From assembly GCF_964355755.1 (NCBI RefSeq), contig NC_092670.1:36320388-36384387 (forward strand): 64,000 nt of DNA, read 5' to 3'. Each line of letters starts with the position of its first letter. The stretch's first letter is position 1. Of this stretch, positions 25,701-41,728 are shown one piece after another. The position numbers and the translations under genes were made by a program. The stretch is from Antedon mediterranea. Taxonomy: Eukaryota > Animalia > Echinodermata. The notes below the pieces were generated by a model. It was not told where the DNA came from. It did not search any database and saw only the letters and a program-made list of their open reading frames with translations.

Positions 25701-28700
25701 GTACACATGCAAACTTGTTTTCAGGACTGTTGGGCCTAGGCTATGGTATAATCTCTCTTTACATATCAGAGACTCAATATCTTTGGACAGTTTTTTTAAG
25801 TCACTTCTGAAACTCCATTTTTTTTTGACAGCGCTAAGAGCCATGATGGTTGGAATGGGGCTTTAAAAATGGAATGATTGATTGATTGAAATACAGTACT
25901 GTAAAACCCCTTCGGAACCCAACATAAGTGACCCCTAAATAGAGGTGCCTCCTGAATATAGGTTGGCCGTACACATATATTTCCTCTTTGTTCGTTTCAT
26001 GAGAAGATGTTCTCTTAATAGAGGCGTCCCCTGAATAGTAATTTTGTTTCATTTCATTTCATTTTCATTTTGCACTTTTAAAGAACCTAGATGAGTAGGG
26101 GGTTACCCCGGTGTTCTAGCACATCACAGCCACTGATCATAACTGGGCCCTCTAGGAGAACAGTCTTTGGCTGAAGAGGTTACCCAGTATAAAGAAATAA
26201 TACAATAGAAAATATAATCTACTAATTGATTACCTTTTGGAATTCTAATAGGGATCTGTTTTGACTGGCTGTGGCGATTGCTTTCATTGCTTCTACATTT
26301 GATCCAGCATACCGCAGTGCTAGCTTACCACTTACTATTGACTGGACATCTTCTGGCCTACATCAGAATAAAAAGGAATAATTACTGAACCAGTTTATTT
26401 GGTTTTAGGCTGTATTTCCGCAGCCAAAAATTAACTGATAAAGTTCCTGTGGAATCGAATTTAACTGATTCCGCTTAAGAACAATTAACTGATAATTAGC
26501 TCATTCAAATCAGATAATTATTAATGATGTTTAACCTTTGACCTGAAGGACAAATCGTTTGCATTGTGCTTGGGTACTTGGTTGGTCAGTAATGTCTGCA
26601 CATGCGCACTTTATTTTTTAAATTATTATCTGATTGGTTAAAACAATTCAAGAAAACAATAAACAAAGTCTTCGAAAGACAATGACAACAGTGTTAAATA
26701 TACATTAAAAAAAATCTTTGGGTTTGGTTAAGTACATCTTTTGATGACAGTATTTTAAACTTTTGCTTTACCTCGACATCAGCGTATAATAATGTTCATT
26801 ATTCTAAAACAAACTGACTTACGAGTTCAACATAATCTTGGATAACAACATGTATTTGAGGGCGTCCATTGCTTTTGGGCTGTCGATGGAGTCATAGCCC
26901 TCAAAGGCTTCATAAAAATATGAGTATGCCGTTTTGAAATCTCTTTCATCGGCAGCATGAAGAACACCTTACAGAGAATAAAAAAAGAGATATAGTTTAT
27001 TACCTCCGTTAAGGAGGTTATGTAGTTGATCGCGTGTTTGTTTGTTAGCAGGATTACTAAAAAAGTTATTACTAGATCTTTACCAAATTGAAACCACAGA
27101 TATCTGTTCAATGACCACTCCTTTAAATTTTAGAAGCAATCCGGACAAGGATCCCAAATTTAGACCACTTTTTATTATTATTTTTAGACTTAGTGTTAGT
27201 GTTAAAGGATAGGAGACAATTTTCAAAAGCCGACGATCTGGTACTGAGCAGTCTTAACATAACAAGTAAACTTTTAAAAACATAATTTGATTTAATGTAC
27301 AGGTTTTTTATACAAGTACAAACCCATTTTTTTTTAATTCACCCACTAAATTTCTGTCAATTTGTCCATTATACCATAGGGAACAGACCGCACGCACCCC
27401 TCTGACTTTTTTTCTTACAATTTTCAAAGTTAATAATTGTTCAATTGAAACTATTAGGGAGGTTTCGCAACCTTACGAATACGATAATGAAAACGGATAC
27501 GTCATAAATTTGTGAAACTTTTGAGCTGATCCCCATTTCATATTCGTAAAGCGTATTCGTGTTGACGAATATGACGAATATCACCAGTCATATTCGTAAC
27601 TACAAAACGAGTATAGTTTTTGATCTATTTTGCATTTGAATTTAGGAATGATTCATGATTATAATATAATTATAGATGTATTGAAAGTAATTTACTAAAG
27701 TAATTTACTAAAATGCCAGGTCAATTTAGATAAATAGCAGTTTTTAAAGTCCTCACTCGCTTTGATGTTACGCTAGGCCTAGGCAGCCAAGCACCAAGCA
27801 ACACGTACCTGCGCTTCACTCAAATTTACCGCAGTCATATTTTGGACGCGCCTCAATATTTCGTTGCCATGCGAAACAGATTTTTTTATGGCTTACGAAA
27901 ACGAATACGTGTGCGTGACGTATCCGTTTTCGTTATCGTATTCGTAAGATTGCGAAACCTCTCTAATGTTAGTTGATACAATTACCAATAATGTTATTCT
28001 GTATGCACTCCTGGAGTATAGGTTTCATAAAAAAAATGGGTATGAACAGTCTATATAGTCATGGAGTTCAATAGGATAACTAGAAATCAGCCTTAATACC
28101 TGATTGTAGATCTAGTGCTGCCTGCAGCTTGGGTGGACTGTAAATTGAATTTGCAGTAGTTCTGGCTGATGTCAAAGCCGCTCTAAAACGACAATAAAAT
28201 GCCACATAAAATAAAGATACACATACAATTTAAATATAATATATTGATTTATATGTTATAACAGTTTGCAGTACACAAGGTATAGTTCTGAAAAGAATTG
28301 CTGGTTTTTCAATGTTTCGATCAATATACTTTGATCGTCCTCATGAGTGAGAAAGAGAATAACAACTTAGAATGAAAATTTCTTATTGTTAGTGGATAAT
28401 ATCAGGGGAGGAGAAAAGACTTGTTAAACGTGGAAACTAGATAATGTTAATAGTCTGTCTAAAATGGATATAAAAAAGTAGTTATATCTTCATTTTAGCT
28501 CTCAAAAGGGAGAAACGCTATCACTGGATCTGCCCCTGAACAATTTTTATTTTTAGATGGATTTGACTGACAATTGTAAAGCTCTGTCTACACTATCAAA
28601 TTTTATGTGACAAAAAAGTGTGATGTGTCCAAATATGGTAGTGGTATGTCCAAAGATGGTAGTGATACGACATCATCATGTTCATATATGGGAACATCAC

Positions 28701-31700
28701 ATTTTTTTGTCACATAAAGTTTGATAGTTTAGACAATGCTTTATAGCAAAGTATATTGTAAATTTTACCTTGATTTTTGTAGATTACTGAGTGCGTGATA
28801 AACTTTACTTTCAAGTAACTGAACCTCAACTAAGAGAGCTTTGTCGTCAAGTTTCTTTAGCTCTTTTAATAGCTTAGAACCTACAGATGACAAACATATT
28901 ATTAGATATAAAAAGTTTCTTAAAGTATGTTTCACCAACATGGGTATAGTCCAATCCTATAGTTAATCTTTGTGTAAAGCTCTGTCTACACTATTAATTT
29001 TTGCTTTAATTCAACCTTATTTATAGAAGGTGGCCCTAAACAGTGTCTGCTGACAATCAAACTAGTTTGACAAAAAAGGTATGATGTGCCCAAATATGGT
29101 AGTGACATGCTTAAATATGGTAGTATTATGACACCATCATGTCCATATATGAGCATATCCCCTTTTTTTGTCTTGAAAATAAAGTTTCATAGTGTAGACA
29201 GAGCCTTAGAGAGCCAATCTATTATACTTACCAACAGACAGGGCATCTTGGTATTGTTTGGTATCAAAATACAGGGCTATAAGCCTGGCTTCCAAAGCTT
29301 GTCTCAAAAATGTTCTTTTCTCTTGTTTTGCCCATTCAATGCATTCCATGCAAAGTGTTACCTAAATAAACGAGAAAAAAACACATATAAATAATGTTTT
29401 ATTTTAATAATTGCTAAATATTCTTTATTCTTCAACCAACAGTGCAAGGCACCAATTACAGGTTGATCATATTCATAAAATTTTATTTTAAAATAGATAC
29501 TGTAACATTTACATAATAGTATCTTTCAAAATACATTTAAAATGTGAAAGGCTACAGTTAAAAATATCTAAAAAAATATTTATAAACTAGAAAGCCACTC
29601 CGAGAGTGCATACCTCCACCAACTGTAAAATTCTCCTACCTAAGATTTCTCCGGTAAAAAAAAAAATATATATATTTGTGTGTGTCTTAATGTTTGTGAT
29701 TTAGGCTAATTTCATACAAGCATGTGTATGCGAGTTTGGCGTAATGGTTATGTAACAAGCCTTTCAATTAACAAGAATAGCTTCAGTTGACTAACAATAG
29801 AACAGCAACGCGAAAATCAAACGAGTGAATTTGAAAAGAAATAGGTTTTTTAAACTACTCACCGGTGAACTACTCGCATCAAAAAACGTGCACATTAAAT
29901 CAAATTATGTTCTAAAATTACAAATCACAAATTATAACTCTTGCCCCTTGTTAAAAAATAAATTTTTTTGGACAAGTAGTTCTCGAGAAAATGCAATTTC
30001 AGTTTACTTGTTACTTTAAGACTGCTCGCCGGCTTTTGAAAAATTCTGTCCTATCTTTTAACACTAGCAGGTCTGAAAAAGTATACTAAAAAGTGGTCCA
30101 GAATTGGGACTGTGGTCCCAACATTTAATGGAATGGTCCTTGACCACATATCTATCTGTCTATTCATTTTGGTGAAGATCTTGTAATTACTTTTTGTGTA
30201 ATCCTGCTAACAAACAAACAAACACACGCTACCGATTACATATACCTCCTTGGCGGAGGTAAAAGACATGAATTATACAAGAACGAAAGGTTGTATGACA
30301 TTGTCATACAAACAGACAACGACTTACTTCACTGCCAGTGCTAGCCTCCATGTCCAGAAACAGGTCAACTAAAGCACGAACCAGTTTGGCCGCTTTAGCT
30401 TTGCTCACTAGTGCTAGAAAAGGTCGAGTAAATTTAATCAAACCTCCCAGTTCTGAAATGAAACACGTACACATGTTTTATTTCGATTACAGTGTTAAAT
30501 ATAATATAGTTCCTCACAAGACCCTACAGTTCAGTCTTCATAATTTGCCCCGGTGGAGTGTCTAGAATTACCGTACTTAATATCTTTTAAATTATATAAT
30601 TCATTGATTGCATTCCATGCATTAAATATACAGTAATGTAATTAATAACAATTAAAATAGCTGGCTAAAATATATATCAAAATTCAAAATAACTTTATTG
30701 TCAACAAACACAGTATAGTTTGAAATTTGTCTTCCTCAAAGCAAAAAAAAAACCTTTTAGAATAAAGTTAAAAAGGTTATATAAAAATATACATGAAAAC
30801 ATACAAATTCATATAAAAGTACAGATATAAAAATACAATAAAATACAGATATAAAAAGGTACAACAGCAAAATTCAAGAAAATATATATCACAATTCCAC
30901 ATATTTAAAACACACACAAAAAAAACAGTTGCTATTTGTTAAGATTTCAAAACTGATGTTAATGTAAGCCTACTACTACATGTACCTTCTGCTTGTCCAG
31001 TTTTTGACAACAGTGAACCAAGTTGGAGTATACTCTGCTCTTTGATTCTATTTCCCTCATCATCACTTTGTTCAAAATCCTGTTTCACTATAAAACAAAT
31101 ATTTTGAAAAATTAGTTTTAATATTTTTTTATATTTACGGTTACTGTAGTACTCTCTACACTCTCCCTGAGTCTCTGCTGGCCATTTTCCAGTGTTAATG
31201 CACTTTCGCACCACATTTTCTCTTTCAAGCTTATCCAATTTAAGAAAATTTACCCACAGCGCGGCGGAGATGGTGAGTGACCGTGAAGTTTTATGCCCAG
31301 TTTTAGCATTACCATCTCCATGGTTTTAGGTGCGAAACTGCAGTAGCACCACCTAGGCCTATTCTATTTTATTTTCCTTTCTTTACAAAATACAAGTTTA
31401 TCATCAATCATCAATCTTGGTGGATGATGATTGATTCAAGTAACAACCACTCTGACTGGCACCCTCGCATTACAGGAACCCTAGTTTAGCTAACCTACAA
31501 ACTAGCTGGGTTTAGGCCTATCTCTATATTAGGCTAGGCCTTAGCTAGGCTACTACTACGCAGCTATGTCTACCACTACTACACTGGCTAGCCTGTCAGC
31601 ATCATATAGGATCGGAGGCCTAGCCTCTAGGCTGCCAAAACTTGCAGAGTCACACTGACACCTGCCCAAATGTTTTGCTTAAATATGTAAAAGAATAAAA

Positions 31701-31850
31701 CACGAACAATAATTCAAAGTAAACATCATTTACATAAACAATCATATTTCAATTATACAAACCTAATTTGTGAAATATGTCAATAGAAGCATGTTTATCA
31801 GTTGCCGATAAAGCCTCTGCTTTCTCAAACTCTTCTGTGTAGTTCGCCAT
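22737..31850 (-). CDS. PSMD11: 26S proteasome non-ATPase regulatory subunit 11 (Rpn6), 11 coding exons, 421 aa
   Basis: Exons (all GT-AG, phases consistent, 1266 nt): 31763-31850, 30986-31087, 30328-30452, 29232-29361, 28769-28880, 28100-28182, 26823-26967, 26234-26357, 24739-24900, 24225-24276, 22737-22879. Translation includes [82 protein letters not shown]. Confidence 0.97.
25892..26040. mobile_element. Partial Tc1/mariner-like MITE remnant
   Basis: TACAGT/CTGTA-type end followed by repeated AATAGAGG(T/C)G..CC(C/T)CTGAATA units. Confidence 0.4.
26090..26205 (+). mobile_element. 3' part of a SINE with LINE-like tail
   Basis: GGGCCCTCTAGGAGAACAGTCTTTGGCTGAAGAGGTTACCCAGTATAAA plus A-rich tail forms a stem-loop; similar ...CCTGGATAAATA / CCCAGTATAAA + (AAAT)n tails at ~18460, ~23345 and ~49072. 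Confidence 0.5.
26997..27240 (+). mobile_element. 5' part of a Helentron/HINE-like element (same family as 29585-30263)
   Basis: TTATTACCTCCGTTAAGGAGGT...GTTTGTTTGTTAGCAGGATTAC matches the reverse complement of 30190-30263. Confidence 0.7.
27457..27963. mobile_element. ~510-bp MITE with ~50-bp TIRs, Harbinger-like
   Basis: GGGAGGTTTCGCAACCTTACGAATACGATAATGAAAACGGATACGTCA is inverted at 27917-27963; TTA/TAA flanks. Confidence 0.85.
28580..28740. mobile_element. MITE family B copy (further partial copies at 23003-23084, 23503-23540, 28978-29206, 33590-33712, 40861-40979, 54748-54768)
   Basis: TIR AGCTCTGTCTACACTATCAAA / TTTGATAGTTTAGACAATGCT. Confidence 0.8.
29585..30263 (-). mobile_element. 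Non-autonomous Helentron/HINE (DINE-1-like architecture) element
   Basis: On the minus strand: 5' TTTACCTCCGCCAAGGAGGT, (GTTT)n microsatellite, 3' subterminal inverted repeat GGTGGAGGT, terminal hairpin CACTCTCGGAGTG and CTAGTT; sits in a T-run with no TSD. Confidence 0.7.
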
Positions 31851-31859
31851 GTTTTTTTT

Positions 31860-32000
31860 GTGTGTGCATATGTCCATGTCTAGGTGGCGCTATACGATTT
31901 TTTTAGTTAAAAAGTCCCATATTTCACGGTTCACTGCACGTCACTCCACTAGTCACATCAAAACATTGTTTTCGCGCGAAGAACTTAAATCGGTGCCAGA
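31860..32000. promoter_or_regulatory. Putative PSMD11 (possibly bidirectional) promoter
   Basis: Immediately upstream of the ATG; palindromic E2F-like TTCGCGCGAA (31971-31980), CRE-half CACGTCA (31937), CTCF-like CTAGGTGGCGC (31880). Confidence 0.5.
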
Positions 32001-32119
32001 TATTAATATCCAGTTTCACGTTCTTCTTGTCAATCAATTATACTGTTTAATTCAACTACGCAACAAGTAAGAAACAAATTGTGCATATTTTAGTGTAGTA
32101 CACTGTCTATTGTATATAT

Positions 32120-32515
32120 GCCTAGGCTAGGCTTTAGGTTTAGGTAGGCCTAGCCTACTACTAGCCTAGCTAGCCTACTAACTACTACTACCCACAGACA
32201 GGCTAGGCCTAGGTAGGCCTACTAGGCTAGGCCTAACATAGGCTCTATGCCTGATTGAGGTAGCTAGGCTAGGCCTAGCTAGGCTAGTAGTACTAGAACT
32301 AGTAGGGCCTAGCCTAACTAGCCACTACTAAATAAAAGGCCTACTAGTACTAGCAAGTTAAGTAGGCGCGCCTATATGCCAGGTAGGCTAGCTAGGCAAG
32401 GACTAGAGAGAGGAGGCTTATAGGCTTTTTAGTAGGTTAGGCTATATAATATAGGCCAGCTACTAGGCCCTGGCCTGGTCTAGACTAGGACTCTAAAGTC
32501 TATATAGGATCCTAG
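32120..32515. repeat. CTAG/TAGGCCTA-rich low-complexity tract (mirrored by 31480-31630)
   Basis: Dense runs of CTAGGCTAGGCCTA / CTACTA. Confidence 0.9.
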
Positions 32516-32636
32516 TCGACATTCATCAATCAAGTAAAACAGCTCGGCCAGCAGGTATTTTCACAGGATCAGAAGAGTGGTCGTAACGGTAATAATATTG
32601 TTTCCCGAGTATGATATTACATTTTTATGTTACTAT

Positions 32637-32926
32637 CATCATCAGCCGTTGTCGGTTCACTGCTGGACGAAAGCCTCAGCATGTTTCTGCCATAGTGAAC
32701 GATCTCTAGCTCGCCATCTCACTCTTTGTCGTCCTCTGTTTCTGCTCCCATCCATGGTCTCCATGATGTCATTAGCGAAGTACATCTATTGTCTGTTCTC
32801 CTACTGATACAGTATGTCCAGCCCACTTCCACTTACTTAATTTGATAGTTCTTATAATGTCTTGAACTTGTGTTTGTTTTCTCACACATTCATTTGTTTT
32901 TCTGTCTTTATATGTGATTCCGAGCA
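32637..32926 (-). mobile_element. 5'-truncated RTE-clade LINE fragment
   Basis: Minus-strand translation MLGITYKDRKTNECVRKQTQVQDIIRTIKLSKWKWAGH...EAFVQQ*; (TGA)n tail; 11-bp TSD TATGTTACTAT at 32626-32636 and 32927-32937. Confidence 0.9.
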
Positions 32927-33720
32927 TATGTTACTATACTGAGGTTTATTTATATTTATTAGTGGCCGGCACAATGTAAATGATTCTTTGACCAGTTTAT
33001 GGCTGTGGCCACAATTTTTAAAGTTGTGCGGTTGCGACCAATTTTTTTAGGACCACATGGTTGGCAAGTGACAAAAGGCCAACTTAAACTCATTTTTACT
33101 GCAGAATTACTTTTTTACTTTGCAGCTGCATTTTGAGTGGTGTTTTGTGAAAATTAAAGCACCATCGTAATGGTATATCGTTTTTAACACATTGACTGCC
33201 AAGGCATTTTCCGTAATTTCTGTCCCAGTGCTAAGTCCCGTTTGAGATGATTATATTGAGTGTGAGGGCGCCATATTCAATGCATGAGGGAATAAACACA
33301 AACAAACATATGACATTTATTTTTAGATTATCGTTTACGTACATCATTCATAAACTGCCATGCGATAATTCCTGTTCCAATCACCACTGCCAGCGATTCT
33401 ACATACAATACAAAAGTGCTACGATTTTGACGTAGTATTACGTCTTGGCAAGTAGCGACACACAATTTTTGACGTATAAATACGCCGTGGCAGTGAACGT
33501 GTTAAAGAATTTACATCATGTTGCATTTCGATAGTAGAACTTTTAAGAGCTTTCAAAAGTACTGATAATTTTTTATGTACTGTCTGTAAAGCTCTGTCTA
33601 CACGGTCAAACTTTATGTGACAAAAATGTGATGTGTCCATTGGATATGATGATGTCATAACACTACAATATTTGGGCATATCACTACCATTTTTGGGCAC
33701 ATCACACATTTTTTCTTTAA

Positions 33721-34304
33721 AGCTCAGGTACAGGCATGAATTTTAAATATAATATCTGGTTAATTGTACATAAATCAAGTATTTGTAAAAGGAATCAAGA
33801 CGAAAAAACATGAATTTTCCTTAATATGGTCAAAATTTGGCAAAATTCTTCCATAAAAAACAGGAAGTCCTTTTCAGTAGTTAGGTAGTTTAACAATGTA
33901 ATAACATGTCTGGTGACTCCCTAGAAGGTGAAGAAAGAAGGTGGATATACGGTGGATAACTTTTGCTAGAGCATGAAAATAAAAATCTGAATTTGAATAA
34001 AAATACCAGAAATGTAAAATTCAAGTTATATTACCTATATTTAGTCGTCTGATAACATTTTTTACCACACCATTTATTTTTCATAGCTTTTAAAATGCCT
34101 CTCTATTTACAAAATTTGTGTACAAAATAATAGAGATTTTACTGTGTAATTTGAACTATCCCCCCACTGATAAGAAAGGGCTTATTTTCAACAAACTTGT
34201 GTAACACAAATAAAATCCCAAAAATTATGAAACACAGGTGAAAGTATAGATCGATAATTATTGGAATGTATGATCAATAGAAATTTGTTGCCCGCACCTG
34301 GCCT
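33721..34304. mobile_element. Non-autonomous TTAA-targeting DNA transposon (Kolobok-like)
   Basis: TTAA|AGCTCAGGTACAGGCA...TGCCCGCACCTGGCCT|TTAA imperfect TIRs. Confidence 0.7.
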
Positions 34305-34307
34305 TTA

Positions 34308-34443
34308 AGCTCTCTCTACACCATCAAACTTTATGTGACAAAATGTGATGTGCCCATATAGAGACACAATGATGTCATATCACTACCATATTTGGGCACA
34401 TCATATATTTCTGTCAAACTTGTTTAATAGTGCAGACAGAGCT
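34308..34443. mobile_element. MITE family B copy
   Basis: TIRs AGCTCTCTCTACACCATCAAAC / GTTTAATAGTGCAGACAGAGCT. Confidence 0.8.
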
Positions 34444-34525
34444 TAAGAAGAAAATGAATAACTTTGCATCAATTAAGTTTTATTCGTACTCTGAATTATT
34501 CTCGTATTATTGGGAAATCAAGTTT

Positions 34526-36192
34526 AGATTCTCGTCCTTTTTTAACAAGCACAATATATTATTTGAACATCAGTATGGATTTAGGAAAAACTTCTTAACG
34601 GATCTTGCTTTATTAGACATTTATGATAATATAACTAAAGCCCTAAGTAATGATAAATTCACTATTGGACTTTTCCTTGACTTGTCAAAGGCATTTGACA
34701 CCATTAACCATGATATCCTTCTATATAAACTTAGACATTATGGAGTCAGAGGCCTTCCTCTCCAACTCATTACAAGTTATCTATCTAATCGTTACCAATT
34801 TACCTCTGTCAATTCCTTTACTTCTAGTTACTCACTTATTACATGTGGAGTTCCCCAAGGCTCAATCTTAGGCCCACTTTTATTTTCTATTTTCGTTAAC
34901 GACATACCCTCCAGCTCTAGAATACTCAAATTTATTCTTTTTGCCGATGATACTAACATATTTTATTCACATTCTAATCTTAACACTTTATTTAATATCA
35001 TGAACAATGAACTTTGTAACATATCAAACTGGTTAAAATGCAACAAAATAATTCTTAACATATCCAAAACCAATTACATTATTTTTTCAAAACCTAAAGC
35101 CAAAACAAAAACAGATAAAAATATATACATTGATAAAATGCTAATTAACCATGTTCATGAAATCAAGTTCCTTGGTGTCATTATTGACTCAAATTTGACA
35201 TGGAAGCAACATATTAATACAACCAGTAGCTTGATCGCTAGAAACATAGGTATAATTAACAAACTTAAACATCTACTCCCTCAACAAATCCTACTCACAT
35301 TATACAATGTCTTAGTTTTACCTTATCTTTCATATATTAATTTAAGTTGGGCCGTTACCTTAGATAAGTTCGATACATTGTGCCCATGGCTTAGTAATGA
35401 GACTACCCATATTGACTGCTTGTTCAAATTACAAAAACGTGCTTTACGTATTTGTGCAGGGCAATCTTATAGATCACATTCGAAATTACTTTTTTATAAG
35501 CTTAACGTTCTAAACATTTATGATTTGAATAAGCTTCAGATAGCTCTATTTATGTTCCGCTTATCTAAAAATATCTTGCCTTTTCATATAAGTTCTGTAT
35601 TTTCAAAAACTGCTGAAGGTCATACACATAACACTAGAAGTTCGATAAATAATTTTATTCCTGATAAGTCGTTTTATAAGCCCCGTCGTCACTCTGTTTT
35701 TTATGTTGGACCTAAGCTCTGGAGAGTTATCTCACAAGAGTTAAAAAGAAAATGTACAGTCTCTAGTTTTAAATACAACTACAAAAAGCTTTTAGTCTCT
35801 GAATATAATAAATAATTTATTAGTACTTAAATACTACGTATTTATTATTATTATTAACTTATTATTACTTGTGCAAATGCTAAAGTTTAAAACACTTTAT
35901 GATTCATTTTAATAACTTATACTCTGTTTTTCTTATTTATTTACTTTTTAAATTTTTTATTTTACTTACGTATTTTTACTTCTTATTTTATATTCTTACT
36001 ATGTATTAATTACTCGTTATACTTGATAATGTTTATTGTATCTTTTCTGGTGGGTAAGCCTTAAAGTTCTTTGAACTTATTTGCCCACCAGCCACACATC
36101 TTTCTTGTATATATATATATGTTTATTGTTACTTAATTATCATATTCATTTTGTGTGGAAAATCAATAAAAACAAACAAACAAACAAACAAA
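34526..36192 (+). mobile_element. 5'-truncated CR1/L2-group non-LTR retrotransposon; open RT frame to 35815
   Basis: RT motifs QYGFR, FLDLSKAFDT, GVPQGSILGPLLF, FADD, KFLGV; structured 3' UTR; AATAAA + (AAAC)n tail; probable TSD CAAGTTT (34519-34525 / 36193-36199). Confidence 0.95.
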
Positions 36193-37147
36193 CAAGTTTT
36201 GTTTGGTGCTTAATTTTTTAACCGGGTTGAATCTGATAATTAGATACAAATCTTGAGATATTTAACTTTGTTTTTTTGGTAATTTTTAGAGCAATGATGA
36301 AAACAAATTTGATGTTGTCCTTTCCGAAACTTTAAATTTAAAAAAGGCTGATACAGTAATAAAACATAAAAATTACTGTAGGCCAGAGCACCATATTTAT
36401 TAATTTTTTTAATGAACCCAGTTGCCTATGACATGCCTTCAGGGCTACAGGTATGGCTACAGCAAAGTCTAAAATATTACTAATAGTACTATACTGTACT
36501 TCATTGCTAGTTTTATGTTTATATTCTCTGCTCATTGGCTATACTCTATTATCAACACCTTTTTGTAATATGGCTCAGCCTATATATTGTGCCAGTTCTG
36601 CGGTACATTTCATTTCGAAAACCTGAGCTGCACTGACGAGATCTAATAAGATCGAAACAGTACTGTCTGCAGATTGGATATATATATATATACGGTATAT
36701 AAAAATAATTATAATTTTCTTATGCTATTATTACACTACAGTATTTTTAAAATTATTAATTATCAACCTCCTTCTTGTTATTCGCACAATGTTAAATTTT
36801 GAGAAGGTTTTTTGTGTTTTTGGAAATTAATTTTAACAAAATTATAAAGTAAATTTAACCAGCAAAGTTGAAAACAGAAACAAATCTTTAAGAAATGTAT
36901 GTTGATTTTGAGCTGTGGCATCTCATGTCATACTGCACCAACTTTTTAATTAAAAGTCGCATGATCAACTACAAATATACTTATACTTATACTGTATTAT
37001 TATTAAATACTGTTTGATACATAATCACTTACATTTATATAAAAAAACACCACAGTACAATATTTAGATCTATGCTACAAGATCTACTATAGAGATCAGC
37101 TAAAACATTATAGTGTTATATCATATATTCTAATAGAAGTTCAATTT

Positions 37148-40488
<3,341 letters not shown>

Positions 40489-41685
40489 GTTGATTGTACC
40501 CTGTTTTGATGGTAGCTGTTGCTGATTTTGACCTGATTACATTTTATATTGCGCTTTGTCATTTCCATGTATTGTATTTATTTACATAGGCCTAATTGGA
40601 ATGCTACACCAAACAATCTCATTGTTGAATAGCATGGTTCACATACTGTACTTTACAATCATAGGTTATTTTAGTAACATCATCAGGAATAGTATTTCAT
40701 AAATCTATAAAACTTGTAGGCTTACTTTTTTTAGTGCTCTGTAATTCTCCAACAAAGATTAATTAAGGCCTGGAAGTAAAATTAAATCTTTTTGTGGAAT
40801 TGTTTAATATTTGATACTAATACTAATAGAAAAATCGGTTTCACCCCATAAAGCTCAAGTGTCTACACTATCAAACTGTATGTGATGTGTCCATATATGG
40901 ACATGATGATGTCATAAAAAACTACCATATTTGGGCACATAACACGTTTTTGTCAAACAAGTTTGATAGTGCAGACAGATATGTATTACTGATATCGAAT
41001 TCATCTAGACTATCACTGTGTTTTTATGTCTATTGCGTTTTTCGTACTATTAGTTGGGAAAGCCACTCGACAGTGCAGTTCTTTTGAACTGATCCACTTT
41101 TGGTTACCCGCAGGTGCTGATAGTACTTTTGTTCTGTTTTGTTGAATGATGCCGTACCTTGTTTATGATTTTTGTATGTTACCTGGAAATTGAATAAAAT
41201 AAAATAAAAACAGAGGTTAACACAGATTTCTACAGTATATAACTGGATACAATAAATTGCGATCTGCGAACAGGAAGCAGTGAACATTACCAATGCACTT
41301 TCAAAAGTAAAATACTTTAGTGGTTTAGTGTGATGTACGTCAGTATGACACCTTTGTGTAGCCAAACGCTTCTGTTCACAAGCATAATTGTGGTATCTCA
41401 ATTATAAATGGTTCTGGATTTCAAGCTTTATTTTGTGTATTATTTTGAAAACAAGTTTACAATTACATAAGCCTATGCACACTTGTGTACAAAAATTGTA
41501 AATCAAAGACGTATAAATTGATATTTAACAGATATTTTAGGCAATATTCTGTATGTAGTAAAGAAATTAAAATAAAACACAAATAAATATGTCCCTCATC
41601 TTAATTTATTTATTTTTAAATATTTTTATCCTTAACATGCATTCATGGCTGTCTATGGTTACAAAATCAGCAAGGCCTAAATTGT

Positions 41686-41728
41686 ATGTATGTATGTATG
41701 TATGTATGTATGTATGTATGTATGTATA
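41686..41728. repeat. (ATGT)n microsatellite
   Basis: About 10 tandem ATGT units. Confidence 0.95.

Noticed and set aside
31849-32070. Plus-strand 73-aa ORF head-to-head with PSMD11
   Set aside because: It overlaps the promoter, has no recognisable motif and no coding continuation was found.
32610-32945. Possible C/D snoRNA interrupted by the RTE insertion
   Set aside because: The reconstructed empty site gives only ~35 nt between a poor box C and CTGA.
34430-34525. N-terminal part of the 461-aa ORF
   Set aside because: It starts in a MITE and flanking DNA; RT similarity begins only after the probable TSD at ~34526.
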